A DNA stretch of 63,991 nucleotides, filler included, from Chiloscyllium plagiosum (lineage: Eukaryota), in the NCBI RefSeq assembly GCF_004010195.1. It is 5 parts of one record of this genome, joined end to end, with 100 filler letters (N's around TTAATTAATTAA, not from the genome) between each part and the next. Parts side by side here need not be neighbours in the genome. Positions count along the whole stretch, not along the records: positions 59,708 to 63,991 come from NC_057715.1; 4 more parts are not named here. The stretch is one strand, 5' to 3'. A model generated the notes under the pieces. It was not told the origin of the DNA and did no database searches. It was given only the letters and a program-made list of their open reading frames with translations. Position 1 is the stretch's first letter, and every line of letters begins with the position of its first letter. The translations under genes were made by a program, and so were the position numbers. Positions 62,404 to 63,991 of the stretch are shown here, piece after piece.

Positions 62404-63084
62404 AAATGGTTGTCATGCCCTTGTCACTGTTGTCACGTTAAATGGAACTCTTGTCCTTGTGGAGCATGATCTGAGCTGCATATTGGTATTTGGTGCTGTT
62501 AACTTCTCTTTTTTTGGGCCATTATTCCTGAAAGAACATATGCACATGAAATCAAATTTTGGACCAATAGTATTGTGTCCTGATAGGTTGCACACAATCA
62601 CACAGCAGCCCGGAGTATTCCATGCGGGCCTTGATCCAGCTTAATGTATAGCAACTGTACAAAAATATTCAAAGATGTGACATTCAAAAATAAAATTTCA
62701 AAGGGAGCTTTGGTGAGGTGGTACATATGAGGTTCTGACTGTGTGCCGAGGTAGCATTGCTGTGTGTTAAATCTTGTAAAGAATACAAGAGTAAATTTCC
62801 TGGCAGTTTAGCCCACTGAGAAATAGAATTTTTTAGTCATTTCTAAGATTTGAACATAGAATATATTCTAACTCTGAACTGACTGAGAGGACAGTTATAG
62901 GTGCAGTGTCACATTTGATAGTTTTGCTAAGATCATCCACTAACTGACTTGATCCTTAAATGGTCAACCTGATCAGATAGTACAACCATACCAGATAGGG
63001 TATGTAGGTTAGTTTGATCTTAGAGTAGGATAAAACATTGAGGGCCGAAGGGCCTGAACTGTGCTGTACTGTTCTATTTTATCT

Positions 63085-63991
63085 CAGTCTAGAATAAACT
63101 TAATGACCAGCCTCATCAGCTTTCTGTGGTCAAGAATTCCACCCGTTCACCCTCCTCTGAGATAAAACATTTCTCCTCATCTCTGTCTTAACAGGGTGGC
63201 CCTTTATTCTGAGATAATGCACTCTGGTCTTGGACTCTCCCACACTCCTCTACTATCAATTCCCCTTACAACTTTATATGTTTCAGTAGGTCTCCTCTCA
63301 TTATTATTATCTCCAAAGAGTATAAGCCCAACCTACTCAACCCCTTCTCATAAGATGGTTCCATCATACATGGTACAGGGTTATCAGCCAGTGAGCCTTC
63401 TCTGGACAGTTTCCAAAGCCAGTATATCTCTCCTTAGATAAGAGGCCCAAAACTGTTCAGTATTCCAGCTGTCTGACCAGTGTCTTGTGTATTTTTAGCA
63501 AAACTATCCTATTTCTATACCCTTTTGAAATAATGCCAACATTCCATTTGCCTTCCTTGTGATGAACCTGTATGCTGGATTTTTGAGATTGATGCACAGT
63601 TTTTCTCCATTTAAATCATAGAAGGTTGTCCATCTCCAATTGCTGTTAAGAAAATGATGAGAAGCTGGCTTAGAGTCAGAGAGTCATAAAGATGTACAGC
63701 ATGGAAACAGACCCTTCGGTCCAACCCATCCATGCCGACCAGATATCCCAACCCAATCTGGTCCCGCCTGCCAGCACCCAGCCCATATCCCTCCAAACCC
63801 TTCCTATTCAAATACCCATCCAAATGCCTCTTAAATGTTGCAATTGTACCGCCTCCACTTCTTCCTCTGGCAGCTCATTCCATATGTACCACCCTCTGCA
63901 TGAAAAAGTTGCCCCTTAGGTCTCTTTTATATCTTTCCCCTCTCACCCTAAACCTACGCCCTCTAGTTCTGGACTCCCAGACCCCAGGGAA
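63085..63991 (-). mobile_element. Two CR1 3' fragments (about 63085-63600 and 63672-63991)
   Basis: MDGYLNRKGLEGYG and similarity to the reverse complement of 39850-40160. Confidence 0.8.

Overview
Repeat-rich vertebrate genomic DNA. The HE1/V-SINE and Deu-SINE copies and the abundant CR1 LINEs suggest a cartilaginous fish, probably a shark (inference). Only two host coding exons are confidently recognisable. One is the signal-peptide first exon of a hephaestin-family multicopper ferroxidase (18794-18945, minus strand; I could not find its exon 2 in the window). The other is the conserved second exon of a phosducin-like protein of PDCL3/PDCL2 type (61532-61649, plus strand). The two genes point away from each other. 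Most of the rest is nested transposable elements: three Penelope-like families carrying minimal hammerhead ribozyme motifs and inserted as fold-back structures with target-site duplications (TSDs), CR1, Rex1, Tx1, Gypsy remnants and a HERV-I-like endogenous retrovirus (LTR, tRNA-Pro primer binding site, gag start). The most unusual structure is a recurring element in which a tRNA-derived Deu-SINE head runs directly into an endonuclease-RT LINE ORF with no ORF1; it shares its 3' tail with the short Deu-SINE. TE boundaries are approximate unless a TSD is quoted. Family assignments come from recalled motifs, not database searches.
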